From the NCBI GenBank assembly GCA_030324005.1, contig JARDVH010000157.1, forward strand, positions 22,595,527 through 22,659,526: a stretch of DNA of 64,000 nt. Direction: 5' to 3'. Below the pieces are notes generated by a model. It had not been told where the DNA came from. It saw only the letters and a program-made list of their open reading frames with translations, and did no database searches. Every line of letters starts with the position of its first letter. Within the stretch, counting starts at the first letter, position 1. Shown one piece after another: positions 35,176 to 64,000 of the stretch. The position numbers and the translations under genes are program-made. The DNA is from Negaprion brevirostris. Taxonomy: Eukaryota.

Positions 35176-35535
35176 GTGAAGGAAAGGATTGAGAGAGTGG
35201 ATAAGGAATGAGAGAGTGAATAGAGATTGAGAGTGGGTAGAATTGCCAGTGGATAGGATAGGGAATGAGAGAGTGGGTAGGAAATGAGAGAGTGAGTAGA
35301 GTTAGCAGTGGATAGGCATTGAGAAAGTGGGTAAGGAATGACGGTGAAATTGGTAGTGCATAAGGAATGCGAGAATGAATAGAGATTGAGTGGATAGAAT
35401 TGGCAGTGGATAGAACAGGAAATGAGAGAGTGGGTAGGGATTGAGAGAAAGGTATAGGAATGAGAGAGTGAATAGATATTGAGAGTGGATAGGGTAGAGA
35501 GTGGGTGGATTTGGGAGTGGATAGAGTGAGTGGGC
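35176..35535 (+). repeat. Degenerate purine-rich tandem repeat (about 20-bp unit GAGAGAGTGRRTAGRRAAT)
   Basis: Repeated gagagagtg(g/a)(a/g)tag units; + strand nearly free of C. Confidence 0.85.
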
Positions 35536-35725
35536 ACGGTGCCACTCCGCTTTTCCATTGGTGACAGTGGTGGGGGTGTGAGTGCTCTGGGCGTTGCTGG
35601 CTGGTGATTGATGTGTCCCCTGCTCCCGGTGCTGGGAGCGGTGTGCCGGGCTCCAACCCCCCCGATACTGGGCGCACTATCCCGGGCTGAAGTCGCCGGG
35701 GCCTCCCGGGCTTCGGCAGCGGGCG

Positions 35726-63874
<28,149 letters not shown>

Positions 63875-64000
63875 GTCACCCACTCCAGATACTGGGTGTT
63901 ATGTAATGTGGTGCAATCTCCAGTAAAAACTGAGGGAGTGAATGGTCTCCATTGACTTTGAGCCAAAGGACTTGGCAAAAGCTGTCAGCTGAGTTTCCAA

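Noticed and set aside
35176-35535. CRISPR-like regular spacing
   Set aside because: Units are contiguous degenerate tandem copies without unique spacers; eukaryotic context and no cas genes.

Overview
Vertebrate genomic DNA, almost certainly from a cartilaginous fish (shark-type V-SINEs, Deu-SINEs, CR1, Rex/Babar and Penelope-like repeats), in a gapped draft assembly with many 10-N, ~100-N and sized gaps. Two spliced genes lie in tandem on the + strand. The first is the 3' part of PLEKHM2/SKIP: 14 coding exons from 4534 to the stop at 26073, with a probable ~6.9 kb 3' UTR ending near the AATAAA at 32942; its 5' RUN-domain exons lie upstream of the window. The second is the mitochondrial carrier SLC25A34: 5 coding exons from 35726 to 63874, a CpG-island first exon, and an exon 3 partly lost in a gap. 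The order PLEKHM2-SLC25A34 matches the human locus as I recall it. All visible junctions are GT-AG and keep frame. The rest is intronic or intergenic and dense in retroelements. No prokaryotic-type system or CRISPR array is present. Best leads: an SLC25A34 protein whose exon 1 looks SLC25A35-like and carries a Q->P change at a normally conserved helix-2 position; a 60-nt symmetric PLEKHM2 exon encoding a kinesin-light-chain W-acidic motif followed by RBFOX motifs; decayed hammerhead-ribozyme cores in Penelope-like termini; a modular SINE set with swapped heads and tails; and a multi-hairpin GC-rich element. Family and orthologue assignments come from recalled sequences, not database searches.
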